Assembly: GCA_000004695.1 (NCBI GenBank)
Contig: CM000155.2
Span: 2,816,001-2,880,000, forward strand
Source of the DNA: Dictyostelium discoideum
Lineage: Eukaryota
DNA length: 64,000 nt
Direction: 5' to 3'
A program made the position numbers and the translations under genes. Within the stretch, counting starts at the first letter, position 1. Each line of letters starts with the position of its first letter. Under the pieces are notes generated by a model that made no database searches, was not told the DNA's origin, and saw only the letters and a list, made by a program, of their open reading frames with translations. Below, in pieces: positions 25,033 through 45,186 of the stretch.

Positions 25033-26064
25033 TTAATCGGAAAGAAAAGAAACATCACAATAATAACGTTTACATCCATAAGGTCTTTCCGAAAATGAAA
25101 ATAATTTATAACCTTTAGGGCATAAAGGAGTTGGAATATCATTACATTTTTCATAATTTAATTTGCCATCATTTTTAATATTATTATTTATACAACCACT
25201 AAAATATAAACATCTTGAATAATCTCGATGGAATGTTGGTAATAATATTGAATGATTTTGATTTTCAAAAGAAGAATTAGTTTTATCCTGACTATTATCT
25301 TCTTGATCACTACTACATATATTACTAATATTAAAATCTAAACAATTATTTGAATCAATTAATGGAATATTAATATAAATTTTAGTGATTTGAAAGTTTT
25401 TATTATTTTGATCCATAAATCCAAAGCTAATTGTTTTTGAATTTGTAATAACATTATTTAACCAACCGATATCTAAATTGTAAATTGATTTACTATACAT
25501 TTCTGTAAAATTCATTAATTGAAATTGATAATTTAAATTTAATGATTTAGCAATAAATGGATAAAATTGATTATTTTTATTTTTATTATTTTTATTACTA
25601 TTAGATGAATATAAATTATCAATAAAATTAAAAATTCCAGAATTTTGATTATTATTTTCATTTATAGTTAGATATTGATATTTTCTATTAAATAATTGTG
25701 GACCATATAATTTTTCACCACCATTGGTATAAATTAAACGTGTTGCATTGTAAACTTGAAAATAATTAAATTTTGGATAAGATCTTATTAATCCACCCAA
25801 AATTAAATCATCTGTAAAGGCCAATGTAATTAATGACATATTAAAATTTACAATTGATGGGTCCAATGATATTGAAGAAACATAAACTGCACTCATCCCA
25901 ACATTTACTCTTTGTAACCAATAACCACCACATTTTGGAAATTCACAATCTCTATCATCCAATTTTACTTTATAAAATATAAAATCTTTTTCTGATAATC
26001 CATTTATTAATTTTAAATTTAAAAAAAATAAAATTAATTTTAAAATTATTATTTTTTTTAACAT
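25033..26064 (-). CDS. Hypothetical secreted Cys-containing protein (343 aa) with a signal peptide
   Basis: Single ORF. N-terminal signal MLKKIIILKLILFFLNLKLING. Asn-rich. C-terminal Cys cluster (CPKGYKLFSFSERPYGCKRYYC). Confidence 0.5.
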   Translation of the reverse strand: MLKKIIILKLILFFLNLKLINGLSEKDFIFYKVKLDDRDCEFPKCGGYWLQRVNVGMSAVYVSSISLDPSIVNFNMSLITLAFTDDLILGGLIRSYPKFNYFQVYNATRLIYTNGGEKLYGPQLFNRKYQYLTINENNNQNSGIFNFIDNLYSSNSNKNNKNKNNQFYPFIAKSLNLNYQFQLMNFTEMYSKSIYNLDIGWLNNVITNSKTISFGFMDQNNKNFQITKIYINIPLIDSNNCLDFNISNICSSDQEDNSQDKTNSSFENQNHSILLPTFHRDYSRCLYFSGCINNNIKNDGKLNYEKCNDIPTPLCPKGYKLFSFSERPYGCKRYYCDVSFLSD

Positions 26065-26292
26065 TTTATTTTTATATTTATTTAAACTTTTTTTTTTTTT
26101 TTTTAAAAGTTATATTACAATTTATAAAAAATGTTTTTAAATTTGTTTTTTTTATTATTTTGTATTTTTAAAAAATTAAATAAATAAAATAAATAAATAA
26201 AAAAAATAAATAAAAAAAATAAATAAATAAATTATTTTGATTTAAAATATTTTATCATTATTTAATTCAAATTAAATATGGCTTAAGGATTA

Positions 26293-26392
26293 NNNNNNNN
26301 NNNNNNNNNNNNNNNNNNNNNNNNNNNNNNNNNNNNNNNNNNNNNNNNNNNNNNNNNNNNNNNNNNNNNNNNNNNNNNNNNNNNNNNNNNNN
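26293..26392. other. Assembly gap (100 N)
   Basis: Run of n. Confidence 1.
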
Positions 26393-26897
26393 CCAAATAA
26401 TAATAATACAAATAATAATAATAATAATAATAATAATAGTAAATTAACTATAAATGATTATTCAAATAGGATTGGCTCAATTTCAACAGCATATAATAAT
26501 AATAATAATACTTTATCTTTAGCAATTAGTTCTTCATGTCATTTATTCCTTTATAGGTAAAATCATTTATTTTATTTGATAGGTTAAAAAAAAAAAAAAA
26601 AAATGTATATATTTAGAAAGAAAAAAAGAAATGCAATTGTAAGAGTTAATTCTCTTATAATTAAATAAATAAAAAACTAATATTTAGTTTTTTTTATTGT
26701 TTTTTTTTTTAAAAAAAAAAGGATTCTATTGTTTTTAGTTTTTTTTTTTTTTTTTAATTGTTTTTTATTTTTTGTTTTTTTTTTTTGTTATTTTTTTTTT
26801 TAATTTTTTTTTTTTTTTTTTTTTTTGTTTTTTGTCATTAAATGACGATTGTATTATTATATTATATATTTATTATTATTGATTTTTTTTATTCGAT

Positions 26898-27374
26898 TTA
26901 ATAGAAGGTTGGACCAGAAATCTTTTTACATTCTAAGAAAGATTCGTAAACCCATTGGCATGAATTGATATCGCTTTGGTTCTTTTCTAAACAAGTCATA
27001 AAAGATTTGTATAATGGGTTGCAAGCATTTTCGGTTTGTTGTTGGTTATTGCTCATCATTGATTGTTGTTGTTGTTGTTGTTGAGTGTCGACATTATTGT
27101 TATCTGAACCACCAAAGAGTGATGAAACACCACCAACAAGGGCGTGACCAACTACGCTACCAGCCATAGCACCAGCCATTGAGCTACCCATTGTTGCTAA
27201 CATACCTGGACCTTGGACAACAACTGGTTGAGCTGGTGTAGTGGCAGCTGGGGTTGTAGCAGCTGGAGTTGTTTTAGCTGGTGCTGATGTGGTTGTTGGT
27301 TTTGATGCTGTAGTTGGTTTTGATGCTGGTTTTGAAACTGATCTTGATGATGCTCCACGTCTTGAACCTGCCAT
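26898..27374 (-). CDS. CHCH-domain protein, CHCHD2/CHCHD10/MIX17 family (mitochondrial intermembrane space)
   Basis: Twin CX9C motifs CNPLYKSFMTC and CQWVYESFLEC are at the C-terminus. A Gly/Ala/Met-rich central helix (GMLATMGSSMAGAMAGSVVGHALVGG) is typical of CHCHD2. The N-terminus is Pro/Thr/Ala-rich. Confidence 0.75.
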   Translation of the reverse strand: MAGSRRGASSRSVSKPASKPTTASKPTTTSAPAKTTPAATTPAATTPAQPVVVQGPGMLATMGSSMAGAMAGSVVGHALVGGVSSLFGGSDNNNVDTQQQQQQQSMMSNNQQQTENACNPLYKSFMTCLEKNQSDINSCQWVYESFLECKKISGPTFY

Positions 27375-27757
27375 TTTTTTATATTTATTATTTATATTAA
27401 TTTATTTGAGAAAGGAGTATAAAAATTCTTTAATAAAAAATTTTATATGTAATGTTATATGAAAGTGTATGAAATTTAAAAATAAAAAAAAAAAAAAAAA
27501 AATTTAAAAGTTTTTTAAAAAAAAAAATGAAAAAAAAAAAAAAAAAATAAAAAAAAATAAAAAAAATAAAAAAATTAAAAAAAAATAAAAAAAAAAAGTT
27601 TTTGGGATAGTAGATTACATGTAATTATTATTTCAACAAAATTCCAATTAAAATTCATATATTTTAGGTGTCATTTGAATTCAACAAATAATTTTAAAAT
27701 TATTTATTTTATTTTTAAATTTTAAAAAAATAAAATAAAATAAAACAAAACAAAATA

Positions 27758-27795
<38 letters not shown>

Positions 27796-28114
27796 ATAAA
27801 AAATTAAGAAATAAAATAAAACTTAAATTTTTATTAATAAATTTATTATTTTAAAATTTTTAATAAAAATGATAAATAAGATTTTTAATAAAAATAGAAA
27901 AAAATAAATAAAAATGGAATTTAATTAAAATTAATTTAATTGGGGTGTTTAGAAAAAAAAAAAAAAAAAAAAAAAAAACGAACGAAAATTTTTTTTTTTT
28001 TTTTTTTTTCATTTTTTAAAATTTTCGTCGGTTTTTTGTTTTTATTTATTTATTTTTTTTTTTTTTTCTTTGTTGTTGTGTAATAATAAATAAATTATAA
28101 ATAGAAATATAAAT

Positions 28115-29138
28115 ATGGATAGTTTTTTTATAAAACCAGGAACAGCTCATACACTTTCATCAAACAGAGCAGGTGCTAAAAATGTAGTTGATACAAGAAT
28201 AAATTCTAGACCATCATCAAATCGTGGTGGTAGAGGTGGAGGTATGTCATCATCTCGTGGTGGTGGTGGTAGAGGTGGTAGAGGTGGATTCATGTCATCA
28301 TCTCGTGGTGGTGGTAGAGGTGGATCTATGTCATCATCTCGTGGTGGTGGTAGAGGCGGAGCTATGTCATCATCCCGTGGTGGTGGTAAATTCAGAGAAA
28401 GAGAATCAGCAACAAATGACACAACAAATAAATATAGAGATAGTAAAAATAATTATAAAAGAAAATTATCAACAGAAAAAGATGATTATTATGATTCAGA
28501 TGATAATCAAGATGATGAAGATAATGAAAAACCATCTGATGAAGAATCAGATGATAATAATAATAATATTAAAAATAATTTCAAAAATAATATAGCAGTT
28601 AAAAAGAATATAAATAAATATAAAAATATAGATTCTGATGATCAATCAGACGATGATGATGATGATGATAATAATAATGGAGAAATTGAAGAATTTCATT
28701 CAGGTGATGAGGATAGATTTAATAGTGAAAATGATTCAGAAGAAGATAAATCATCAATTAAAAAGAGATTAAAATTATCAGTTGTTCAAGAAGATGAAAC
28801 TACTGATGAAAGACGTCTTAGATTAGCAAATGAATATTTAGAGAAAATTAGAAAAACTAAACAAGATTTAGATTTAAATGATGCAGTTAAAGATGATTTA
28901 GATAAATCTTCTGGAAGATATCAATATTCATATCGTCAACAAGTTTCAAATATTAAATTCATTGAAAACTCTTCAAATATAACAATACTCAAAGGTCATT
29001 CTTCACCAATTACTTGTATAGTTTTATCTGATGATCAATCAATTGCATATTCAGCATCACGTGATATAATTATAAAATGTAAAATATATTTAAATATATA
29101 TTTTCAATAATAATCATTTTTTATAATAGTAATATTAA

Positions 29139-29183
<45 letters not shown>

Positions 29184-30244
29184 ATTAATTATTATTAGGG
29201 GATTTAATAAATAAAATTAAATTAAATAAAATTAAAGGATTTATACCATCAAAAAAGAATAGAATTGAATTAGAAAGTTTAGGTAAAGATGGTAAAGAAG
29301 AATTAAAGAAAAAGAGTTATCAAGGTAAAATTTTATCAATGGCATTAAGTTTTGATGGTAAATATTTGGTTACTGGTGGTGAAGAGAAATTAATTAAAGT
29401 TTGGGATACAGAGAGTATGCAAGTGGTTGAAACATTTAAAGGACATAAAGATGTTATATCGGCATTAACATTTAGAAAAGGTACTTATACACTTTATAGT
29501 GGTTCAAATGATCGTACCATAAAGATTTGGGATTTATCACAAATGGCATTCGTCGACACTCGTTATGGCCATCAATCACCAATCACAGCAATGGATTCAT
29601 TATCACGTGAACGTTGTATCTCTGTTTCAACTGATAAAACCGTTAGAGTTTGGAAAATCCCTGAAGAGTCACAATTGATCTTTAGAGGTCATACTCATTC
29701 TGTAGATTGTTGTGTTTTAGTGGCTGAAGATAAATTTTTAACTGGTTCACAAGAAGGTTCTATTGCTTTGTGGAATGTAAATAAAAAGAATGCAACTTTC
29801 ATAAAGAATAATGCTCATCCTGTTAATAGTGGTGGTAATAGTGGGACTGATTCTTTTTCATGGATTTCAAGTGTTTCAGCCATTCCAAACTCTGATATGG
29901 CAGCTTCTGGAAGTTGTGATGGTTCCATTCGTCTTTGGTCAATTATGGGTGGTGATAAACTCAAAGAAATTAATCAAATCCCTGCTATTGGTTTCGTTAA
30001 TGATTTAAAATTCGCTCATGATTGTTCTTTCTTATTAGCTGCCGTCTCTAAAGAACATAAATTTGGAAGATGGAAGAAAATTGGTTCCGCTAAAAATTCA
30101 CTTTTATTAATTAATTTAAAAGAACAAGTTAATCCAAATGATTTATTACAACAAGAAGAACAAGTTGAAATTGAACTTAATAATAATATAGAAAATCAAG
30201 ATGAAGATGAAGAAGATGAAGAAGAAGAAGAAGAAGAAAATTAA
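28115..30244 (+). CDS. U3 snoRNP WD40 protein, RRP9/U3-55K-like. It has N-terminal RGG repeats and an acidic Ser/Asp tract. Two exons: 28115..29078 and 29199..30244.
   Basis: Four tandem GGRGG(x)MSSSRGGG repeats. KGHSSPITCIVLSDDQSIAYSASRDIIIK|WD is the first WD repeat, resembling the RRP9 repeat-1 region. The W codon is split across the intron (t|gg), with a GTAAAAT donor and a TTATTAG acceptor. At least 5 further WD repeats follow. The tail is acidic. Confidence 0.6.
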
Positions 30245-30361
30245 ACTTTTAAAAGAAGAAATAATAAAAAAATAAAATAAAAAAAAAAATTAAAAATAAT
30301 ATTGATTTCCTTTGTTTTAACTTTTTTAATTTTATTTTATTTTTTATTTTTATTTTTTTTA

Positions 30362-30545
30362 TTATATATCAACAATAACATGAATATCTGATTTATCAGG
30401 ATTTTCTTCAATTTTCATACATGAATATGTTATTGCTTTAATTTCAGTACCAGTTGTATGTTTGCTTTTATCTAATTCAACACCTTTACTATAATTACAA
30501 ATAAAATAAAAATAATAAAATTAGTAGAAAAATAAAAAAATAAAC

Positions 30546-30641
<96 letters not shown>

Positions 30642-31143
30642 GAAAGGGTTACCCTATTGCTTTAATTGAAAAGTTTTCACGATCAAATGAAATGATTTGA
30701 ACTTGTTTAAATATAATGAATTCAGTACTGAAAACAAATAAAAATTCATCCAATAATGCAAATAATAATGAATCCATATCATGACCATTAACACTTATAG
30801 TTTGTTCAGTTGCGCTATCATCCAATTCAACTGAATCTAATTCAACCATATAGTTATTCATAATTAATACCATTTGTTCAAGTGCTTCTTTTAAATCTTT
30901 ACCCCATGTATGCTATTTTTTAGGAAATAAAAAACTAATCTATTAATATATGTTCATTATTATTATCATGATTATTATTATTATGGTAATCTTACAAACA
31001 TAATATCAGCGGTATGGTCTAAATCTATATTGATGATTGTTTTGGTTAGTATTTTTTTAATATATAGAGTATTTTTTGTGGTTATATTTAGTATTTATTT
31101 ACATTCAAAGTTTTTTAATTGACCTAAACCATAGCTTTCCATT
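30362..31143 (-). CDS. Archease (ZBTB8OS homologue, cofactor of the RtcB tRNA ligase). Four exons: 31104..31143, 30996..31024 (a 29-nt micro-exon), 30653..30912 and 30362..30488.
   Basis: The spliced product [36 protein letters not shown]...GHDMDSLLFALLDEFLFVFS...FSIKAIGKGVELDKSKHTTGTEIKAITYSCMKIEENPDKSDIHVIVDI matches the archease signature (YLDHTAD...HAWG...SLLF.FLDE...KH.GTEVKAITYS...VIIDI). The donors are GTAAAT, GTAAGA and GTAACC with AG acceptors. The phases 1/0/2 are all consistent. Confidence 0.8.
30547..30640. repeat. (ATT)n microsatellite (about 31 units) within the archease intron
   Basis: Direct observation. Confidence 0.95.
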
Positions 31144-31822
31144 TTACATATATAAATATACTATTTTTAATTAAATGATTTATTTTGAGAGAAAATGAAA
31201 AAAAAATTTTAAAAAAAAGAAAATAAAAATAAAAATAAAAATAAAAAAAAAAAAAAAAAAAAAATTAAAATAGAAAAAAAAAAAAAAAAATATAAATAGT
31301 TTTTATTTTTTAGATTGATTTTTATTATTGGATTAATCTAAAATTGATATTAATAAATCTTATTTCCCAAAATTAAAAAAATAAAAGTTTTTGAAACACA
31401 TTTTTCATGTTTTTCTTGGAATTTCTCAATTTAATATTTTTTTTTTATTGCTTTTTTTTTAATTTTTTATTTTTTTTTTTATTTTTTTTTTTCATTTTTA
31501 TTTTTTTTTAAAAGATTAGTCTTTGTAGTAATAAAAAAAAAAAAAAATTATAATAAAAATAAAAAAAAAAAAACCAAATAAAAAAATAAAATAAATAACT
31601 TGTGTTATTTTAAAAATAAAAAAAATTCAAAAATAAAAAATAAAAAAAATAATAAAATAATAGCTAACCTATCATATTTCATATTTCATAGTTGTTTTTT
31701 TTTTTTTTTTTTTAAATCCACTATCTTTTTTATTTTTTAAATATATTTCTTTTTTTCTTTCTCTTATTAAAATAATCTTTTTTTTATAAATGATAAAAGA
31801 TTAAAAAAAAAAAAAAAAAAAA

Positions 31823-36673
<4,851 letters not shown>

Positions 36674-36832
36674 AATTTTAAATTGTTTTAAAAATAAATA
36701 GAATCATACAAATATTTTATATTTCTTAGAATTTTATTTTTTATTATTTTTTAGAAATCAAAATACAAATATTTTATATTTCTTTAGAATTTATATTATT
36801 ATTTTTTTATTTTTTATTTTGTTTTGTACTTT

Positions 36833-40482
<3,650 letters not shown>

Positions 40483-40787
40483 TATTACAAATATACATAT
40501 TATTTATTTGTAAAATATAGTTTTATTATTTTTTATTTGTTTCAAGAGGAAAGGGAAAAAAAAAGTGTATGAAAAAAAAAAAAAAAAAAAAAATAAAATT
40601 ACAATTATAATTGTAATTTCATTTTTTTTTTTTTTATTATCATATTTTTTAATTTTACAAATTTTATTTATTTTTTTTATTTTTTTGAATTTTTTGAATT
40701 TTTTTTTTTTGAATTTAGGCAATTGAATAAACATTTTTTTTATTTTTTTTTTTAAATATACACTATTTAAATATATATTAATAACAA

Positions 40788-41231
40788 ATGTCACACTATA
40801 GTGGAAGTAGTGGTGGAAGTGGCGGTGGTGGTGGTGGATATCATAAACCTCACGCAGGAGGTGGTGGCGGTGGTGGTGGAGGAGGATATTATAGCCATCA
40901 ATATAGTAATTATCATGCAGCTAAAATCGTTTATGATGGTAAACGTATGAGAAAAGCTGTAGTTAGAAAAACAGTAGATTTCAATTCTACTTTAATCAAA
41001 TATAATTTAGCAAGAGTTTATCAAAGAGATTATAGAGATTTTGCTGTTGTACAGCCTGATCAATTATATATTAGAGAAGTATGTTTTTCAAAAAAATAAA
41101 AAAAAATAAAAAAAAAAATAAAAAAAAATAATAATAACATTTTATACTTAATAAAAATAAGTAAGTATAAAATGTTATATGATATCATTTTCAAATACAA
41201 ATAGTTAGTAATAAAATCAAATACTAATAGA

Positions 41232-41263
<32 letters not shown>

Positions 41264-42708
41264 AATTAGATTTTACCTCCAATTGCATTAGAATCTAATC
41301 CAATTACAAGTGTTTGTTCAAGATTTATTCATACATCATCAAATAAAGTTAAATATCCAATTAATTGTGTATCATGGACACCAGAAGGTAGAAGATTAGT
41401 AACAGGATCAAGTAGTGGTGAATTTACATTATGGAATGGTTTAACATTTAATTTTGAGACTATTTTACAAGCACATGATTCAGCAGTTAGATCGATTATA
41501 TGGTCACATAATGAAGATTGGATGGTATCAGGTGATGATAGTGGTAACATTAAATATTGGCAACCAAATATGAACAATGTGAAAATCTTTAAAGCACATG
41601 AACAATCAAAGATTAGAGGTTTAAGTTTTTCACCAACAGATTTGAAACTTGCATCATGTGCCGATGATAAGATTATAAAGATTTGGGATTTCGCTAGATG
41701 TACAGAGGATAATCAATTGGTTGGTCATGGTTGGGATGTGAAATGCGTCTCTTGGCATCCACAGAAATCATTGATCGTTTCTGGTGGTAAAGATAATAAT
41801 ATTAAGATATGGGATGCGAAATCATCACAAAATATAACAACATTACATGGTCATAAAAGTACAGTTTCAAAAGTGGAATGGAATCAAAATGGTAATTGGA
41901 TAGTTAGTGCAAGCTCTGATCAACTATTAAAGGTATTCGATATTAGAACCATGAAAGAGATGCAAACTTTTAAAGGTCATGGTAAAGAAGTCACCGCTCT
42001 TGCTCTACATCCATACCATGAGGATCTATTTGTTTCAGGTGATAAAGATGGTAAAATCTTATATTGGATCGTTGGTAATCCTGAACCACAAGCAGAGATT
42101 CATTCCGCTCATGATGCTGATGTTTGGTCTTTATCTTGGCATCCAATTGGTCATATCCTTGCAAGTGGTTCAAATGATCATACTACTAAATTTTGGAGTA
42201 GAAATAGACCTGCCGATACTATGAAAGATAAATATAATAATCCAAATGCTTCAAAAGATATTGAAAATGAAGAGGATGCTGATGATCAAGAATCTGATCT
42301 ATCTTTACCTGGTTTATCTTTACCTGGTTTAGGTAGTTATAAACCTTCTCCACAATTATCATCACAAAATATTTTACAAAATTTAAATTATTCAATGCAA
42401 CAACAACAACCACAACAACAACCACAACAACAGCAACAACAACAACAACAACAACAATTACAACCACAACAACAGTCATCACCCCCACCAATTGATCTCA
42501 TGCAATCTATGTTACCAAATCAACAACAACAACAACCAAACCAACCACAACCAATACAACAACCACAACCAATACAACAACCACAACAAATACCTCAAAA
42601 TATCCCACCACAAATTCCACAACAACAGCAACAACCAATTCAACAACCAATGCAGCAACCACAACAACAACAAATACCTCAAAATATTCCACAACAAATG
42701 CAACAACC

Positions 42709-42754
<46 letters not shown>

Positions 42755-43253
42755 CCATTACAACCTCAACAATTTCAACCAAAACCACCTTACCAACAAA
42801 GACCACAGCAATTTAGCCAACAACAACAACAACAACAATTTAATCCAAATCAACAACAACAATTTAATCCAAATCAACAACAATTTAATCCAAATCAACA
42901 ACAGCAACAATTTAATCCTAATCAACAGCAACAATTTAATCCAAATCAATTTAATNNNNNNNNNNNNNNNNNNNNNNNNNNNNNNNNNNNNNNNNNNNNN
43001 NNNNNNNNNNNNNNNNNNNNNNNNNNNNNNNNNNNNNNNNNNNNNNNNNNNNNNNCCTATGAATAATCCTAATATTGTTCCACCACATTTTAATCAACAT
43101 CAACAACAAAATCATAACCAAAATCAACCACCTCATCATATGAATAATCCAAATATCATACCACCACCCCAAAGATTTAATAACTCAAATGTGGTGCCAC
43201 ATTTCAACCAACTATCAAATCAAAATCAACCACCCCAACGACCTCAATATTAA
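40788..43253 (+). CDS. WDR33/PFS2-like WD40 protein (pre-mRNA 3'-end processing factor) with a Gly-rich N-terminus and a very long Gln/Pro-rich tail. Exons 40788..41078 and 41270..>42955. The tail resumes after a gap at 43056..43253.
   Basis: [42 protein letters not shown] is the conserved N-terminal block of WDR33/Pfs2/FY. Seven WD repeats follow ([23 protein letters not shown] ... [14 protein letters not shown]). The GTATGT donor at 41079 and the TAATTAG acceptor at 41269 are in phase 0. The (CAA)n/(CCA)n tail is interrupted by the N gap. The stop is at 43251. Confidence 0.7.
42956..43055. other. Assembly gap (100 N) inside the WDR33 poly-Q tail
   Basis: Run of n. Confidence 1.
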
Positions 43254-43388
43254 TATTGTAAATAAAAATTTTTATATTACCAAAAGTTTGTGGTAAACCT
43301 AGTTTTTTTTTTTTTTTCCTGTGCAATAAATATTAGTTATACTTTTTTATAATTATAAAAACAATGTTGTTTAAATAATTCAATAATT

Positions 43389-43419
<31 letters not shown>

Positions 43420-43524
43420 CAACAAAACTTCCCATTTTCATTTTTTTTTTTTTTTTTTTTTAAATTTTTTTTTTTTTTTAAGTCAACTTTTCTTTAATTT
43501 TCATTTCATTTTCAAAATCATAAA

Positions 43525-44379
43525 ATGTTTCAACTTTTGACAAAAACAATAGTATCAAATGTTGGTAAAAATAGTTTAAATAACATTTTTACAAATAATT
43601 CATTTAAAAAAAAAAGATTTTTTTGTAATGTTGGGAAACCAATCGAAATTAATCAACTTAAACAATCGTTCTCAGAGTTATTGAAATTAGATTACAAGAA
43701 AACTCAAGAGGAAGGTTTACCAAAAAATTTATTAGATGTTCAAAATGATATTTTAAAATCAAATGAAAAAGAACTTGATACTCAAACTAGAATGATATCA
43801 TCCATTTTCCTTTGGAGATCATTATGTTTTTTAAATCAAACTCCAAATGTAATTAATAATAATTTTTTTTTAAAATTTATTAATAATCAACCTACTCGCA
43901 AACTAATTAATTTATTATATTAATTATATTTATATTTATTTTATTTTATTTATATTATTTTATAAATAAAATAGAGTATGAAAAAAGAAGAATTAGATAA
44001 ATTATGGAATTTATTAAATATTGATAATAAAGATATAATTAATAAACATGAATATATTTCAATATTAAATCATAGAATTGGTATAAGTTTTACAAGTAGA
44101 TATCTTTTACCAAAATTATTTGAAGATATAAAAAGGGTTGTAAAAGAAGTTAAAGATGCAAATGAAAATAATTCAACACCAATATCATCATTATTACCAT
44201 TAATTAATATAGCATTCACATCATCAGCTCATTTAAGTATGTGGAAAGAAATGAAATATTTAGGTAATGAAATAAGTTTAAATAAAAATGAAATATTTGA
44301 AAACATCAGAAATGCTTCATATGAAATTGATTATTTATTTGATTATACTTCAATTTATCATATTTTAAATTTAAATAAT

Positions 44380-44410
<31 letters not shown>

Positions 44411-45062
44411 CAACATCTCTATTACCATTAATCATTGATACAAATAAAGATAGTGAACCAATAAATTTTGAAAAGTTTAAAACTTTTAGAGTTTATGATG
44501 TTGAATCTTTTTCTTTTAAAAATTTAACAATGAAAACTGAAAATATGTCAACTGAAACAAATGAAAAAGCAATGAATGAATTTAATGAAAATAAAAATCA
44601 AATGAAAAATCAAAAAATTGATAGAAATGGTTATTTTATGACTGGTTTGTATTTTTTTTTTTTTTTTTTTTTTATATCTAATATTTACTAACTATTATTA
44701 TAAATTATTATTTAGAATTATCAAATCAACCATTTATTTTAATTTTAGGTAGCTCATTTAAATTTGATATTTGTTTTGATACAAATTTACAAATGACACA
44801 TAGTGGTGTTATTGATAAAGATTTTAAAAAAGTTCAATTATATGGTACATATGATGAATTTGATAAAACAAAAGTAGAATCAGAATATAATTTAGAAATT
44901 GATCAAAATATTGTACCAGATGATAATGAACCATTTATTCAATTAAAAGGAACTCATAGAAAAATTGAAACCAGAACAAATACTGAAAAAACAATTTATG
45001 ATATGGATGTAATAATTAATTTACAAAGAAGAAAATTATTACATGAAGTTGAAGTAAAATAA
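43525..45062 (+). CDS. Hypothetical protein (about 446 aa), possibly mitochondrial with an N-terminal presequence-like segment. Three exons: 43525..43848, 43975..44644 and 44716..45062.
   Basis: The GTAATT donor and AAATAG acceptor are in phase 0. The GTTTGT donor and TATTTAG acceptor are in phase 1, reconstituting a Glu codon (g|aa). All three ORF-track pieces fall in one consistent reading frame after splicing. There are no recognisable domains. A poly-Q tract is present. Confidence 0.5.
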
Positions 45063-45144
45063 TTTAAAAATAAATTTCTAATTTATATATATATTTAATT
45101 TAAAATTTTAAATAATTTATTTATTAATTTTATTTATTTATTTA

Positions 45145-45177
<33 letters not shown>

Positions 45178-45186
45178 TTTTTTTTT

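Noticed and set aside
26400-26560. Plus-strand Asn-rich coding-like tail ending at a stop near 26557, immediately after gap 3
   Set aside because: The 5' part lies in the gap or AT-rich sequence. No gene model can be built from the window alone.
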